Assembly (NCBI RefSeq): GCF_009914755.1
Contig: NC_060925.1
Strand: one strand, 5' to 3'
Source: the human T2T-CHM13v2.0 reference genome, Homo sapiens
Length of the DNA: 64,000 nt
Position numbers and translations under genes: made by a program. Shown here piece by piece: positions 17,970 through 36,000 of the stretch (positions within the stretch are counted from its first letter, which is position 1; each line of letters opens with the position of its first letter). The notes under the pieces are model-generated. The model did no database searches. It had not been told where the DNA came from and was given only the letters and a program-made list of their open reading frames with translations.

Positions 17970-18446
17970 TAAACTTCCTTCTCACAATATTCCCTAACTC
18001 CTGGTCAGAAACCTGGGAGTCATCTTTGAGTCCTTCCTTCCTTCATCCCCTGCCTATATCTATTTTTTCAGCAAATCCTGTTGATTCTCTGTCTCAAGTA
18101 TATTTCAAATGTATGTATTTATTTCCCTCTCCATCGTCAAACACATGAACATTCTCTACATGGCTTATTCCTTCTCATTCTTTGTGTCTCAGCTTGAATA
18201 TTATATCTCAGAGAAGCCTTGTGACCACTAATCTAGCATAGTTGTTTTTTTAATTAAATCTCTTGCAGCATCCTATTATTTTCCTTCAAAGAATTTAAAG
18301 TAATATTTATTTTTGTGTTTGTTTATTCATTGGCTACCAGTTTCTCCCTGGTGAATAAGCTGAGTGAACAAGAATCATGACTACTTTGTTCACTGCCTGA
18401 CCGATAATTGACACTCAATAAACATTGGTTTTATGAATGAATGAAT
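17970..18446. mobile_element. L2 3' fragment
   Basis: agaaacctgggagtcatctttgag...cactcaataaacatt...atgaatgaatgaat tail. Confidence 0.75.
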
Positions 18447-19234
18447 TACCAGATTTATTAAAATGGAAAATAAATATTGTATTACTTTATCACCTTAAAA
18501 TAAAAGTTCAGTCATGGTAGCATAGATTTTCTCACCTATCTAAATGTTCAAATCAGTCAAGCAGAAAGCATCATGTTGGAAAAAGTGGTGACATAACATA
18601 AAACCTCAAATTCACAATTGCTTGGACTAAATTATTAACCAATCAATTCAGTCAAAAGAAGGGGTCTATGTGTTGATGCAGCTTTGACCTTTAGAATAAT
18701 AATATAATAATAACAATGATAATAATAGCTGGTATTTTCAGTACTTACTAAATGCCAAGTACAGTTACTGTACTACATGCTTCCTTTACGTATATTTATT
18801 TCCTTTAATGCTTAAAACACCTTTAAGAAGTACCATTATTATCCTTAATTTTATATGAGTAAACTGAAGTTTAGAGAGGGTAGGTAAATGCCCATAGTCA
18901 TGTAATTAATAAAACCACATATTGGCAAAGATATGGAGATCCAGAATAAATGTTCAGCTCTATTAACTCATCAAAGAATCTTTCTGTCTCTGGACATGAA
19001 TTTCTTCATCTGTAAAACAGAGCTAGACTAGAAGATTGACGACATTCCTTCCACCTCTGATATTCTGTGATGATATTTGGTATTTACATATTTCCCAGTC
19101 TCCAAAATGAAACCATGTAACAGAGCAAGGGTAAAAAGTCAAAGATCTCCCAGGGATACTATAGTTGTTTATTCATTTGTCTTCATGGGATATAAAGGTC
19201 AAGGATAAGATGGGGATTTTATCCTGTACACTGA

Positions 19235-19863
19235 TGTGGTGGACTAAATAATTCTACCACCACCCCCTCCAATGCCCAGAGAGGTCTATGCCCCAAACCC
19301 TGGATCCTGAGAACGTTTTATGTTAAGTGGACTTTGCAAATGTACTCAAGACTTTGGACCTTGATATGGGGAGATTATTCTGGGTTATGTGGGTCAGCCA
19401 AATCTAATCACTTGAGCATTTAAAAGTGACACATTTTCCCAACTAGAGAAGACATACAGCAAAAGAGATGAAACAGAAGAAGCAGAGTCAGAGAGATCCA
19501 AAACACGAAGGACACAATGTGCCATTGCTGTCTTTGAAGGGAGCCATGAGCTGGGGAATCCTGGCAGCCTCTGGAGGCTGAGAATGACCTATGATTGACA
19601 GCCAGAAAAGCAAGTGGGGCTCATGTCCTTCTGCTACATAGAACTAAATTCTCCTGACAACCTGAATGAGCCTAGAAAAAGATTCTCTTCTAGAGCCTTC
19701 AGAAGGAAACGCAATCCTGCTAATACCTTAATTGTAGTCTTTTGAGAAACCAAGCCAAGGAATAAGTCAAGCCATGCTGTACTTGGATTTCTGACCTGGA
19801 GAACTGTGAGATAATAAAATTTGTGGTGTTTAAAGCTGCTAAATTTGTGATAATTTGTTATAG
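19235..19863. mobile_element. MaLR solo LTR (MLT1E-like)
   Basis: tgtggtggact...gggagattattctggg...gaactgtgagataataaaatttgtggtgtttaaagc. Confidence 0.8.
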
Positions 19864-20109
19864 TTTCTCAGCTGGGGTACTCAGGACATATTTAGTCTCT
19901 ATCATACATGAGACATATTTGAGTTCTATCTATATTCCCTACTGCTTGGACTTCTGAACATTACATCTGGATGGACGGTTGAATCTTAAATCCTCATTTG
20001 ATTTAAAGAGCAACAAACAATGTTCCTGGCCCTTCTTTACTTTCCTGTAATTGAAGCCCCTTGAATGCCAATCCAAGCGTTCAACTGTCCATTTTAAGAA
20101 TTAGGTTTT

Positions 20110-20420
20110 TGCCGGGTGCAGTGGCTCCCACCTGTAATTCCAGCACTTTGGGAGGCCAAGGCAGGCAGATCACTTGGGGCCGGGAGTTCAAGGCCAGGCT
20201 AGCCAACATGGTGAAACCCCGTTTCTACTAAAAATATAAAGATTAGCTGGGCATGGTGGCATGTGGCTGTAATCCCAGCTACTTGGGGGGCTGAGGCAAG
20301 AGAATTGTTTGAACCCAGGAAGCGGAGGTGGCAGTGAGCCAAGATCATGTCACTGCATTCCTGCCTGGGTGACAGAATGAGATACCTTCTCAAAAAAATA
20401 AATAAATAAATAAATAAATA
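20110..20420 (+). mobile_element. Alu (S/J) with (TAAA)n tail
   Basis: Dimeric Alu; flanking aat(t/c)aggtttt TSD. Confidence 0.95.
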
Positions 20421-21496
20421 ATCAGGTTTTGGAACTTCTTCCATAATGGAATAAAAGTAACCAGATTTGCTTTTCTGTCTTAATAACTAAAAACTTGGGG
20501 GAAAAGATAAAACAAAATGTGTTTTCAGATATTAAACAATGAGTGGAATGGGACAGAGAGTACTGAGACAAGGGAAACAAATGAGGTAAACCCTATGAAT
20601 GCACCAGCTCACTGCATGGAGAGGGTGTCCAGGCCACAGCACAAGGAGGGGGTACATAAGTGGAGCCCAGTGGTCTCCCTTTATTAATAAGAGAAAATTC
20701 AGAGTTTGGGGGAGATCAAGGTACCTAGAATTTGCGTGGCAGAGCCCTGGAGAGGAGATGCACATAAAAAGAGAGTCTCAGAGATCCACAGAATTCCCTC
20801 TTCAGCAGAATGCTAATCAGCACATGAGAGCCAAGGAAAAGATTAGAGAGGATCAGTTGGAATAATCTGGAGAGCTCACGCAGGGCTGGGAATAGTTAGT
20901 CTTTGCACCAATCAGTGCGCAAAGAAATCCTAACACATACAAAGTAGACTCATTAGATGCCTTAGTAGAGAGGCAAAATTGACACTAGGCAAAAGGCTAT
21001 TCTAAGCTCACCTAACAAAGCTTAAAAGCTAGTCTTAAAAGGATCAAATTATTTCTGAGTAATTTAACTGTGTCCAAGAACAAAGTCCAAAAATCCTTAA
21101 AGGAATACTAAAACTTCTTCATTTAGCTATGTAAAATTCACAGTGTCTGGCGTCAATCCAAAATTTTCAGGCATACAAAGAAGCAGGAAGGGAATACAAC
21201 CTATATTAAAAAGAAAATATAATTTAAAAGACTCAGTAATGACACAGATTATAGACTTATAAAGCAATGATGTTAAAATAGCTACTATAAATACATTTAT
21301 ATGTTCAAGAAAGTAGAGGAAATTATGTATATGACAAGGAGAGACATTGAAGATATTAAAATATTGAAATTCTAAAGTAAAAATATAATGTTTGAGATAC
21401 AGTATACACAGGATGAGATTAACAGCAAATTAGATATAGAAAAAGGTTAGTGAATGTGAAGTCATACTAATAGAAAATATCCAAAATGAAATAAGA

Positions 21497-21800
21497 GGTT
21501 GGGCACATTGGCTCATGCCTGTAATCTCAGCTCTTTGAGAGGCTGAGGTGGGAAGATTGCTCAAACCTAGGAGTTTGAGACCATCCTGGGCAACATGGAA
21601 AGACTCTTATCTGTACAAAAAAATATGAAAATTAACCAGCCACGTGCCTGTGCCTGTAGTTCCAGCTACTTGGGTGGCTGAGGTAGGAGGATAGCTTGAG
21701 CCCTGGAGGTCAAGGCTGCAGTGAGCTGTGATCACGCCATTGCACCCCAGGCTGGACAACAGAGTGAGATTCTGTCTCAAAAAATAAAAAAATAAAAGAA
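21497..21800 (+). mobile_element. AluJ
   Basis: ggaggatagcttgagccctggaggtcaaggctgcagtgagctgtgatc are J diagnostics. Confidence 0.92.
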
Positions 21801-22599
21801 AAAAGGGACTGAAGAGAAATGAGCAGAACATCAGTGAGCTTGGGGACAGCAAGTGCCTTAATATGCATTGGAGCCCAAGAAAGAGAAGGGAACAAAAAAT
21901 GTGGAAAAACAGTAGCCAAAATTTCCAATTTTATGAAATTTTTAAGCCCCCAAATTCAAGAAGCTTAACAAACCCCAAACAAGGCACAGAAAGAAAACTA
22001 CACCATGCAAATCATAATCAAATTGGTCAAAACTAGTGATAGAAAATTTTAAAAGCAACTAGGAAAAAACGCACATTACATGCAGAAGAATAGAGATGAG
22101 AATGACAGCTGACTTCTCATCCAAGCAATGCAAGCCAAAAGACTGTATTGTTTATTTGTTTCCTTCCAATGTTTTAAGGAGCAACAGCTTGAAAGGAAAC
22201 AAACTTGTCAACCTAAAAGTCTAACCAACATAAATATATTTCAAAAACAAGGTTAGGGACAACACTTTCAGAATGTCAGGGTGAGGACCTCAGTGAATCC
22301 TCTTCCCACAAAAGCAACAAAAATACTGGCAAAACACCAATAGAAACCAACCATTTTAAAACTATGAAAATTAACCAAAGGCACAGAACACACTGAAAAG
22401 CATTCACTCAAATATAACTGCCGAGCTTCATAAGAACAGTGGGGTCTATGGTGCTTTAACTTGGAACTATTCCCACGTACCCAACCCCTAGTACCAGGGT
22501 GGTAGCTGTGAAGAGCTGGCAGCCAGTGAAGAAGTTTGACCTGTTTTGAGCTTTGTGAAAACCCCCATCCTCAGAGCACTGTCAATATTTTTATAATAT

Positions 22600-22842
22600 T
22601 TCTCCTTGACTTGTACATGGCCATTCTGTCCGTCTTCACATTGTCCTCCCTGTGTGCATATCTGTGTACAAATTTCATTTTCCTGTAAGATTACCAGTCA
22701 CATTGGATTAGAATTCACTCTAATGACTTCATTTTAACTTAATTACCTTTTTTAAAACCCTGTTTCCAAAAACAGCCATGTTCTAAGACAGTGGGGGTGA
22801 GGACTTCACCATTTTGAGGGGAACACAATTCAGCCCATAACA
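22600..22842. mobile_element. MLT1A/B/C-type LTR fragment
   Basis: ccagtcacattggattag...cacaattcagcccataaca terminus. Confidence 0.75.
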
Positions 22843-23882
22843 AAAAAGAGCCTGGCCAAAAATCTAAAAGGATGACTTGGGGAACAAGTCATATGATAAC
22901 AGAGGACTTTGTAAAGCTCTGACATATTCCTGGAGATCCAGAAGGCTACACATGCTGCACAGGACCAAGTGCATGGCCAGGGAAAACCAGAGAGGGATCC
23001 AGTAACTTACATTTGGGCAAACTTGCAGCCCTGTGCAAGCAAGAAGTAAATGTTAATGCTGACTTATAAACCCCTTTAGATTTGAAGATGTGCCTTCACA
23101 TACAAATCTCCTTGGCAAAACGTTGAAGACACTGGATCAAAGCATTAAGAAAATCTTCTGACCAATCATTGGATAATTACCCAACTATGTTGACCTAGAG
23201 GTGACCCCTAAAAAGACAGGCTTGAAAGTAAAAATGAGAATTTTTAAAAAGTAATCAGAAAACTCAGTGGCTGTACACTCCAGGAAATACAAAATCTACA
23301 GAATTGGTTTAGAAAAGTCATGGAAAAAAACAAGCATCAAGCAGGATTTTATTTTTTAAAATTAGCTTGATTGAGCCATTTTATGTCATACACATATTTT
23401 AAAACATCATGTTGTCCATGATAAATATATATACTCTTTGTCAATTAAAAAACCCCAAAGCAATAACAACAAAATTGGAAGATAGAAGGAGGATCTGAAT
23501 CTAAAGTTGCTACAATATCTTCTCCTCTAAAATGTCCAGTTTTAACAAAAACAAAAAATCAGACATGCAAAGAAATAAGGAAGTATGGCCCACACATAGG
23601 AAAAACACTGCATTTGATTGGAAAGGTTCTTGAGGGGGACAAGCTGTTGGATTTAGTAGACAAAGACTTTAAAGCAGCTATTAAAAATAAGTTAAAAAAG
23701 AAAATACTATGTTAAAATAGCTAAAGGAAAGTGTAAAAATTATGTTTCACCAAATAGAGCGTATCTATAAAGAGATAAAAGTTATAAAAATCACCAAATA
23801 GAATTTTTGGAGTTGAAAAGTACAATAACGAAAATGAAAAATTCACTATATGAGTTAAACCAGTAGTTTTAGCAGAGACAAG

Positions 23883-24626
23883 TGTAACCACCCAATGAGT
23901 TCTTCTGGCCTGCTAAACAGAAAAGCCAACTCACTGAGACAGTGGTATTGCAGCAGTAAAAATGTAATTATCACAGGACCAGCCAAATGAGAAGACAGGA
24001 GATAATCTCAAATCTGCCTCCCCAAAAGCTCAGAGGCTAGGGTTTTTAAAGATAATTTGGTAGGCAGGGTTCTAGGGAATGGGTACTGCTGATTGGTTGG
24101 AGATGAAATCATAGGAGTGTACAAACTATCTTCACATGCTGAATCAGTTTCTGGGTGGGGGCTCACATGACTAGTTGAGCCAGTTCCTTGTTGTAAGTCA
24201 TGGGTCTGGGTGGAATCAGTTTGTCACCAGAATACGCAGTCTGAAAAATATTTCAAACACTAATTTTAGGTTTTGGCAATAGTCATGTTATCTACAGGAA
24301 CAATTGGAGAAGTTACAAATCTTGTGATCTCCAGAGCAGTAAACAACTATATAGAAAGGCAAGCTAGGGAACAATGGCTTGTTATCATTAACTATGTGTA
24401 TATTTTAGCAGAATTCAAGCTACTCCCATAGTCCTAATTCTGTGGCCTTTCGTTAGTCATACAAAAGTGGTTTTTGTCCCTTAGCAAGGAAGGAGTTAGT
24501 TTCAGGAAGGGACTGTTAACATCTTTATTTTAAAGTTAACAGAGGCAATTAGCTTGTGAGGTTAGAAGCAAGATGGAGTCAGATTAGATTTTTCTCACTG
24601 CTAAAATTTTTGCAAAGGCAGTTTCA
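23883..24626 (-). mobile_element. ERV1 solo LTR (LTR8-like)
   Basis: Minus strand starts TGAAACTGCCTTTGCAAAA...GACTCCATCTTGCTTCTAACC; TG...CA termini; caag/gaag flanks. Confidence 0.8.
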
Positions 24627-24825
24627 GAAGAATGTTCAGGAAACTTGAAACTAGGCCAATAGATATTATGCAGTCTGAGGAATAGAAAGAATAAAGAATG
24701 AGAAAAAATGAACAGAGCCTCAGAGACCTGTGGAACACTACAAAAATAATAAATTTGCATAATGAAAGTACCAAAAAGAGAATATATAGAAATGGATGCA
24801 AAAATTACATGCCTACATAAAAATA

Positions 24826-25010
24826 TTTTTATTGGTATACAATAGTTGTACATATTTTGAGTACATGTGATATTTGATACCAGTATACTATATGTAATGA
24901 TCAGATCAGGGTAACTGGTGTATCCATCACCTCTAACATTAATCATTTCTTTGCACTGGAAACATTACACTTGTTCTATTCTATTTTGACATATACAGTC
25001 AGTTATTATT
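24826..25010 (-). mobile_element. L1MA-type 3'UTR fragment, left half (resumes at 31912-32032)
   Basis: ...tattttgacatatacagtcagttattatt continues as attattaactataatttccttattgtactatcc. Confidence 0.8.
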
Positions 25011-25740
25011 TTTTTTTGAATTTTTAAATTATTTTAATGATATAAATATAACATCAGCACCTAATCCTGGTAATGGTAGCACAAAAAAGAAAAGTATAGA
25101 GCAATATCATTTATGACAATTGATGCAAAAATCTGAAATACAATTTAGAAATAGATTCCCAAGCAACATTCAAAAAAAACACCACACCATGACTTGATAT
25201 TTATACGAAGAATGCAAGAACCTGTTAGCATTCTGTTAGGAAACCTACTATTAGAGTGCACAATACTAATAGGAGTAAGAAAAAAAATCACACGGTTACC
25301 TCCACAGATGCTTAAAAAGCCTTTGAAAAAATTCAACTTACGTCCTACTAAAAAAAAGAAAATTGCAATGAATTGGTTCTTAACATGTGGAAATAAACAC
25401 TCTCATACAATGCTTGTGGGAATAAAAAATGACACAATTCCATGTACCTACAAGACATCCCAGCCATTCCACTCCTAGTTATTCAAGAGACTTGAATAAC
25501 TCTGTATTAGGCCTTTTTTGCATTACTATAAGGGAATATCTGAGACTGGGTAATTTATAAAGAAAAGAGGTTTAATTGGCTTATGGTTCTGCAGGCTGTA
25601 TAAACGTGGCACCAACATCTGCTCAGCTCCTGATGAGGGCCTCAGAAAGTTCACAGTCATGGCAGAAGGTGAAGGGGAGCCAGCATGTCACATGGTGAGA
25701 GCAAGAGCAAGAGAGTGAGAATGGGGAGGTCCCAGATTCT
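25011..25740 (-). other. 3'-transduced segment carried by L1-B
   Basis: Lies between the L1 tail and a second A-tail (T run to 25017); ATTAAA at 25033-25038 (minus); inside the outer TSD; contains old L1 pieces and half an MST LTR. Confidence 0.82.
25504..25740. mobile_element. MST (MaLR) LTR, one half only
   Basis: tgtattaggcc...gagactgggtaatttataaagaaaagaggtttaattggct; compare the complete MST at 37178-37586. Confidence 0.88.
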
Positions 25741-25874
25741 TTTTTATTTTTTTTAATTTTATTATTATTATACTTTAAGTTTTAGGGTACATGTGCACAA
25801 CGTGCAGGTTTGTTACATATGTATACTTGTGCCATGTGGGTGTGCCGCACCCATTAACTTGTCATTTAGCATTA

Positions 25875-29809
<3,935 letters not shown>

Positions 29810-29857
29810 TTATTTTGTTAATTAGTTGATGCAATTTCTTCCTAGCCTTGACGGTCT

Positions 29858-30867
29858 TTACAATTTGGCATGTTTTTGCAGTGGCTGGTACCAGTGGTTC
29901 CTTTCCATGTTTAGTGCTTCCTTCAGGAGCTCTTCTAGGGCAGGCCTGGTGGTGACAAAATCTCTCAGCATTTGCTTGTCTGTAACATATTTTATTTCTC
30001 CTTCACTGATGAAGCTTAGTTTGGCTGGATATGAAATTCTGGGTTGAAAATTCTTTTCTTTAAGAATGTTGAATATTGCTCCCCACTCTCTTCTGGCTTG
30101 TAGAGTTTCTGCCGAGAGATCAGCTGTTAGTCTGATGGGCTTCCCTTCGTGGGTAACCCAGCCTTTCTCTCTGGCTACCCTTAACATTTTTTCCTTCATT
30201 TCCACTTTGGTGAATCTGATAGTTATGTGTCTTGGAGTTGCTCTTCTCGAGGAGTATCTTTGTGGCGTTCTCTGTATTTCCTGAATTTGAGTGTTGGCCT
30301 GCCTTGCTAGATTGGGGAAGTTCTCCTGGATAATATCCTGCAGAGTGTTTTCCAACTTGATTCCATTCTCCCCATCACTTTCAGGTACACCAATCAGATG
30401 TAGATTTGGTCTTTTCACATAGTCCCATATTTCTTGGAGGCTTTGTTTCTTGTCATTCTTTTTTCTCTAAACTTCTCTTCTCCCTTCATTTCATTCCTTT
30501 CGTCTTCCATCACTATACCCTTTCTTCCAGTTGATCGCTCGGCTACTGAGGCTTCTGCATTCGTCACTTAGCTCTCGTGCCTTGGTTTTCAGCTCCATGA
30601 GGTCCTTTAAGGACTTCTCTGCACTGGTTATTCTAGTTATCCATTCATCTAATTTTTTTTAAAGCTTTTAACTTCTTTGCCATTGGTTTGAATTTCCTCC
30701 TGTAGCTCGGAGTAGTTTGATCGTCTGAAGCCTTCTTCTCTCAACTCGTCAAAGTCATTCTCCATCCAGCTTTGTTCCATTGCTGGTGAGGAGCTGTGTT
30801 CCTTTGGAGGAGGAGAGGTGCTCTGATTTTTAGAGTTTCCAGTTTTTCTGCTCTGTTTTTCTCCCAT
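29858..30867 (-). pseudogene. L1-B ORF1, disrupted
   Basis: MGEKQSRKTGNSKNQ... breaks near 30650; C-terminal half open 29858-30418. Confidence 0.93.
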
Positions 30868-32035
30868 CTTTGTGGTTTTATCTACCTTTGGTCTTTGATG
30901 ATGGTGATGTACAGATGGGTTTTTGGTACAGATGTGCTTTCTGTTTGTTAGTTTTCCTTCTAGCAGACAGGACCCTGAGCTGCAGGTCTGTTGGAGTTTG
31001 CTAGAGGTCCACTCCAGACCCTGTTTGCCTGGGTATCAGCAGCGGTGGCTGCAGAACAGAGTATACTGGTGAACTGCAAATGCTGTTGCCTGATCGTTCC
31101 TCTGGAAGTTTTGTCTCAGAGGAGTACCCGGACATGTGAGGTGTCAGTCCGCCCCTGCTGGGGGGTGCCTCCCAGTTAGGCTTCTCGGGGGTCAGGGACC
31201 CACTTAATGAGGCAGTCTGCCCGCTCTCAGATCTCAAGCTGCGTGCTGGGAGAACCACTACTCTCTTCAAAGCTGTGAGAGAGGGACATTTAAGTCTGCA
31301 GAGGTTAGTGCTGTCTTTTCGTTTGTCTGTGCCCTGCCCCCAGAGGTGGAGCCTACAGAGGCAGACCTGCCTCCTTGAGCTGTGGTGGGCTCCACCCAGT
31401 TTGAGCTTCCTGGCCGCTTTGTTTACCTAATCAAACAACTAACTCGGCAGTGGCGGGCGCCCCTCCCCCAGCCTCTCTGCCACCTTGCAGTTTGATCTCG
31501 GACTGCTGTGCTAGAAATGAGTGAGACTCCATGGGCATAGGACCCTCCAAGGCAGGTGCAGGATATAATCTCCTCGTGTGCCGTTTTTTAAGCCCGTTGG
31601 AAAAGCACAGTATTAGGGTGGGAGTGACCCGATTTTCCAGGTGCCGTCTGTCACCCCTTTCTTTGACTAGGAAAGGGAATTCCCTGACCCCTTGCACTTC
31701 CCGGGTGAGGTGATGCCTCACCCTGCTTCGGCTCGTGCACGGTGCGCTCCACCCACTGTCCTGCACCTACTGTCTGGCACTCCCCAGTGAGATGAACCCA
31801 GTACCTCAGTTGGAAATGCAGAAATCACCTGTTTTCTGCGTCGCTCACGCTGGGAGCTGTAGACCAGAGCTGTTCCTATTCGACCATCTTGGCTCCTCCC
31901 CCCGAGGTCCCCAGTCTGTGATTATTAACTATAATTTCCTTATTGTACTATCCAATATTAGAACATGTTCCTTCAATCTATAATAGGTGTATTTTTGTAC
32001 CGTTCAACCAACTTCTCCTTATCCCTCCACCCAGT

Positions 32036-32568
32036 TGAAAGACATAAAAATATTTTAACCCAAAATATATTTATTTAGCATATTTTGAGATGGCTGTCAA
32101 AAAGCCAGCAAACATAAGTAGTCCTGCAAATCTGTCTTTTGTGGAGAAAATTTATATCTGTGGAGAATCTGCATTGATGCAGCCAGGACTTCCCTTGTCT
32201 GGAGCTAGAAAATATTAACTGATGGTCTGACACACTCTAAATGTCTGAAAGTAACATTTACCATCTAGTATCTCTGAGGGCTGCTGCTTGTGAGGTTTCA
32301 TTTATATAATAAGATCATCTTTGCTAGCCAAGTATCTTCTTTTCCTCCCATAACCAGATGCTGCTATAACCTGATTTATCACCAAACCCTGATTTTGGCC
32401 ATACTCTGAGTCCCCATTCTTTCTGTAACCTCCAGATGTTATATAAACTTCTGCACCCCCTTGGAGGTGGGAAGACATCCTGTGGTTCTCTCTGTGCACA
32501 TGTTAATAAGGTTATATGCTTTTTCTCTTACTAATCTGCCTTTTCTTGAGTTGATTTTTCCACCTTCA
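32036..32568. mobile_element. ERV1 MER4-group solo LTR (MER34/MER39-like)
   Basis: cccaaaatat...catattttgagatggctg; TG...CA termini. Confidence 0.65.
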
Positions 32569-32618
32569 AATAAATATTTTAAAACTTCCCAAATTTGATT
32601 TTAAAAAACATTTGATAC

Positions 32619-33067
32619 TGTGGTTAGGGAGAACAGTGACCCTTCAAAGATGTTCATATTCTAATCATCAAAACTTGTGAATATGTTACCAGAAGAAACT
32701 GCAGATATAATTGTTAGAGATCTTGAGATGAGAAGGTTATCCTAGATTATCTGCATGAGCCCAGTGTAATCACAAGGGCCTTTATAAGACAGAGGAAGGA
32801 GTATCAAGGAAGTGCTGTATGATTAAGACTTGAGAGGCAATTGCTAGACTTGAAAATGTTGGAAGAGGCCACAAGCCAAGAAATATAGTCAGTCTTTTAA
32901 AGCTTGAAAAAGCAAGAAAATAATTCTTTTCTAAAGCCTCTAGAAGGAATGTGGCCCTTTTGACACCTTGATTTTAGCCCAGTGAACACGTTAGACTTCT
33001 GACCTCCAGAGCTATTTTAAATCACTATTTGTCGTAATTTACTATGGCAGCAGTAGGAAATTAACAC
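32619..33067. mobile_element. MLT1-type solo LTR
   Basis: gtgaatatgttacc...gattatctgcatgagcccagtgtaatcacaaggg...cagtaggaaattaacaca. Confidence 0.8.
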
Positions 33068-36000
33068 ATACATATCCAAAAAGCTCAAAAAACCCCAATG
33101 AAAAGAAAATTTAGAAGATCCATACCTCAATATGTCATTGTCAAACTGTAAAAAGCCAAAGACAAAGAGAAAAAGATAAAAGTAGCAAGAGAAAATGACT
33201 CATCACATACAGGTTCTTATAAAAAATATCTACAATTGACTTTTCATCAGAAACTATCGAGGTCAGAAGGCAGTGGGATAACATGGTCAGTGTGCTGAAA
33301 GAAAAAGAATGTCAATCAAGAAATCTGTATAAAACAATAAGAATCCCATCTTCTAAATGAAAGAGAGAGGTATTTCTTCTTCTGAAAGATAGAGTAGAAA
33401 TGCTTTTCTCTATGCCTTCCTCTAACTAAAGCTCAAAACTCTGGACATTCTATATTAGAAAACATGAGAAAACTCTGAAAGGTGGAGTGAAGAAGGCAGA
33501 CGAGTCAGGGACCTTGGAACTTTGGATGCATGGAAAAACATGGTAGTGAGTTAGCTGTTTTAATTTTGTCTTATATATCTACATGCTGGCAACCCAGAAA
33601 TACCAATGGGTACAGACAAAGGGGGAAAACGCCTGCTGTCTTCAGCCACAGGATCAGAAAGGTGGCAGCATAGCAAGACAGAAAAACATTTAGACAATAG
33701 CTGCTCTACTTTAGCCAAACACCACAGAAAAAAACAAGCTCCAAATCCACACCTGTTAACAAAGGCCAAGTGGGGAGAATAGATATCCCCAAGTGAGACT
33801 ATTCCTCACCATATTCCCTGCAGTATCAGTGAAGACCACATGAGGAGCTTGGACATCCACCCCCACTCAGCGGTAATGAGACTTTCCCATTCTTGTTGGG
33901 GTGGTGTTAGGGAAGGCCAAGTCAGGACTATCACCATCACCCAGCAGTAAAAAGGTCACCCACCACCGTGCCAGGGAAGTTCATGTGAAGAGCAGTTCTG
34001 GGGCATGCCTGCCTTTCCCAGCCAGGGTGGTATCAATGGAAGTCTAGTAGGGAGCCAGAATTTCCATTCCCACCAACAGTAATGAAGATTCTCCTCTCCA
34101 TAACCAGGTGTTAGTGGATGTCAAGTGAGAAATCTGGACTTCCACCCCTACCTGGCAGTAATAAGGCAGTGCCATCCCCCATCCTTTGCGGGGGTGGTGT
34201 AAGAGGAGGCTTGTAGAAGCAGAAGGTTTAAAAAAGATCTAGAGTCTCATAATACTCAAATGTCCAGATTTTAATAAAAAGTTCAGTTATACCAAAATAT
34301 AGGAAGATCTCAATTTTAATGATAAAAGGCAGTCAATAAAAACCAAAACCAACATGACATATATGCTAAAATTTTATGGCAAGGATTTTAAAGTAGCCAC
34401 CATATAACTGCTTCAACAAATTATAAAATGCTCAAAACAAATGAAAATAATAGTGTCTCAGCAGAGAAAGAGAAGACTTAAAAAAGGTGGAAATTTAAAA
34501 AAATATAATAACCAAAATGAAAAAAATCAGTGGATGTGTTAAAAAGCTGAATAAAGGGTACAGAGGAAAGCATCAGAGGACATGTAAATAAAATAATAGA
34601 AATTAAATAATCTGTACACCAGAGAGAAAACAGATTGAAAACAAATGAACAGAGACTCAGGGACCTGTGGAATTATAACAAAAGATCTAGCATTCATATT
34701 GTAGTCTCAGGGGAGGAGAGAGAGGGTGGGGCTAAAAATATTCAAAGAAATAATAGCTGAAAATCTCTCAAATCTGGCAAAAGACATAAACCTATCAATC
34801 AAGATGTGCAAAGCCAAAGTAGGATAAGCTCATTGAAATCCATGCCAAGAGTCAATAGACAAACTACGGAAAACGAAAGAGAAAAAAGTCTTGAAAGCAG
34901 TGAAAGAAAATGATATCTTGACAAGAGGGAAAAAAAAAACTTCACTGATAGTGGATTTCTCATCAGAAACCATGGAGGCCAGAAGGAAGTGGTACAACAT
35001 TTTTCAAGTGCAGAAAGAAAAGAACTGTAACTCTAACTCCAGTGAATAGATCCAGCAAAAATAACCCTTTAGGAATGAAGAAAAAATTAAGATATTCTCA
35101 GATGAAGGAACACCAAAAGACTGTCACCGGAAGATCTACTATTAAAAAACTTTTAAAACAACACTTCTCTGAAGAGAAAGGAAATGATGAAAGAAGAAAT
35201 GTTGAAACATCAGGAAGGAAGAAAGAGCAATGAAAAGAGTATAAATATGGGTAAATACAATAGACTTTCCTTTTCCCCTGGAGTTTTCTAAGTTTTATGA
35301 TTAAGGCAAAATTATAACACTGTCTCATGTATCACTCAGTGTATGTAGAGCAAATATTTAATAAATGATTTAATAAATGGGAGAGAGTAAAAAGATGTAA
35401 AAGGAGGTAAATTTTCTACACATCCCTTGAATTGAAAAAATGTTTATAGAGGTAGACTGTATAATACCTAGAACAGCCACTTAAAAATATTCCATTGAGA
35501 TAAACTCAAAAGACTACAAATAAATCAAAGTAGAATTTATTAAATGTTCAGGTAACCTCCAGGAAGGCAGGGAAAAAATACTACAGAGAAGTGAACAGCA
35601 GAAAGAGCTATTTGTTCTAGACGACAAAAATAAAACAGCAGACCTAAACCCTAATATATCAATAAGCGTATTACATGTAAATGGTCTAAGCATGTCAAGT
35701 AGAAGACAGAGATTGGTAGATTTTAAAAAACAAACCACCACCAGCACCACCAAAAACCACAAAATGGCCCACTAACTATATATATCTACAAGAAATTTAC
35801 ATTAAATAAAACAATAAAGGTATACTGAAAGTAAAAGCCTGAAAAAAAGTACAGCAGGAGTGGGTATATTAATATCATATTTAAAAACAGAGAATTGAGA
35901 GGAACTTTAGTGATAAGAGTCAATCCACCAAGAAGACCAAGTAATTCTAAATGTATAAACACCAAAAAACAGAGCTTTGAAACGTGTTAAATAAAAGTTG

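Larger units (their letters stand above)
20430..24825 (+). mobile_element. Ancient L1M 5'/ORF1-region fragments with nested insertions
   Basis: A-rich ORF1-like tracts (aatgaacagagcctcagagacctgtgg, cagctgacttctcatc); probably more than one element. Confidence 0.6.
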
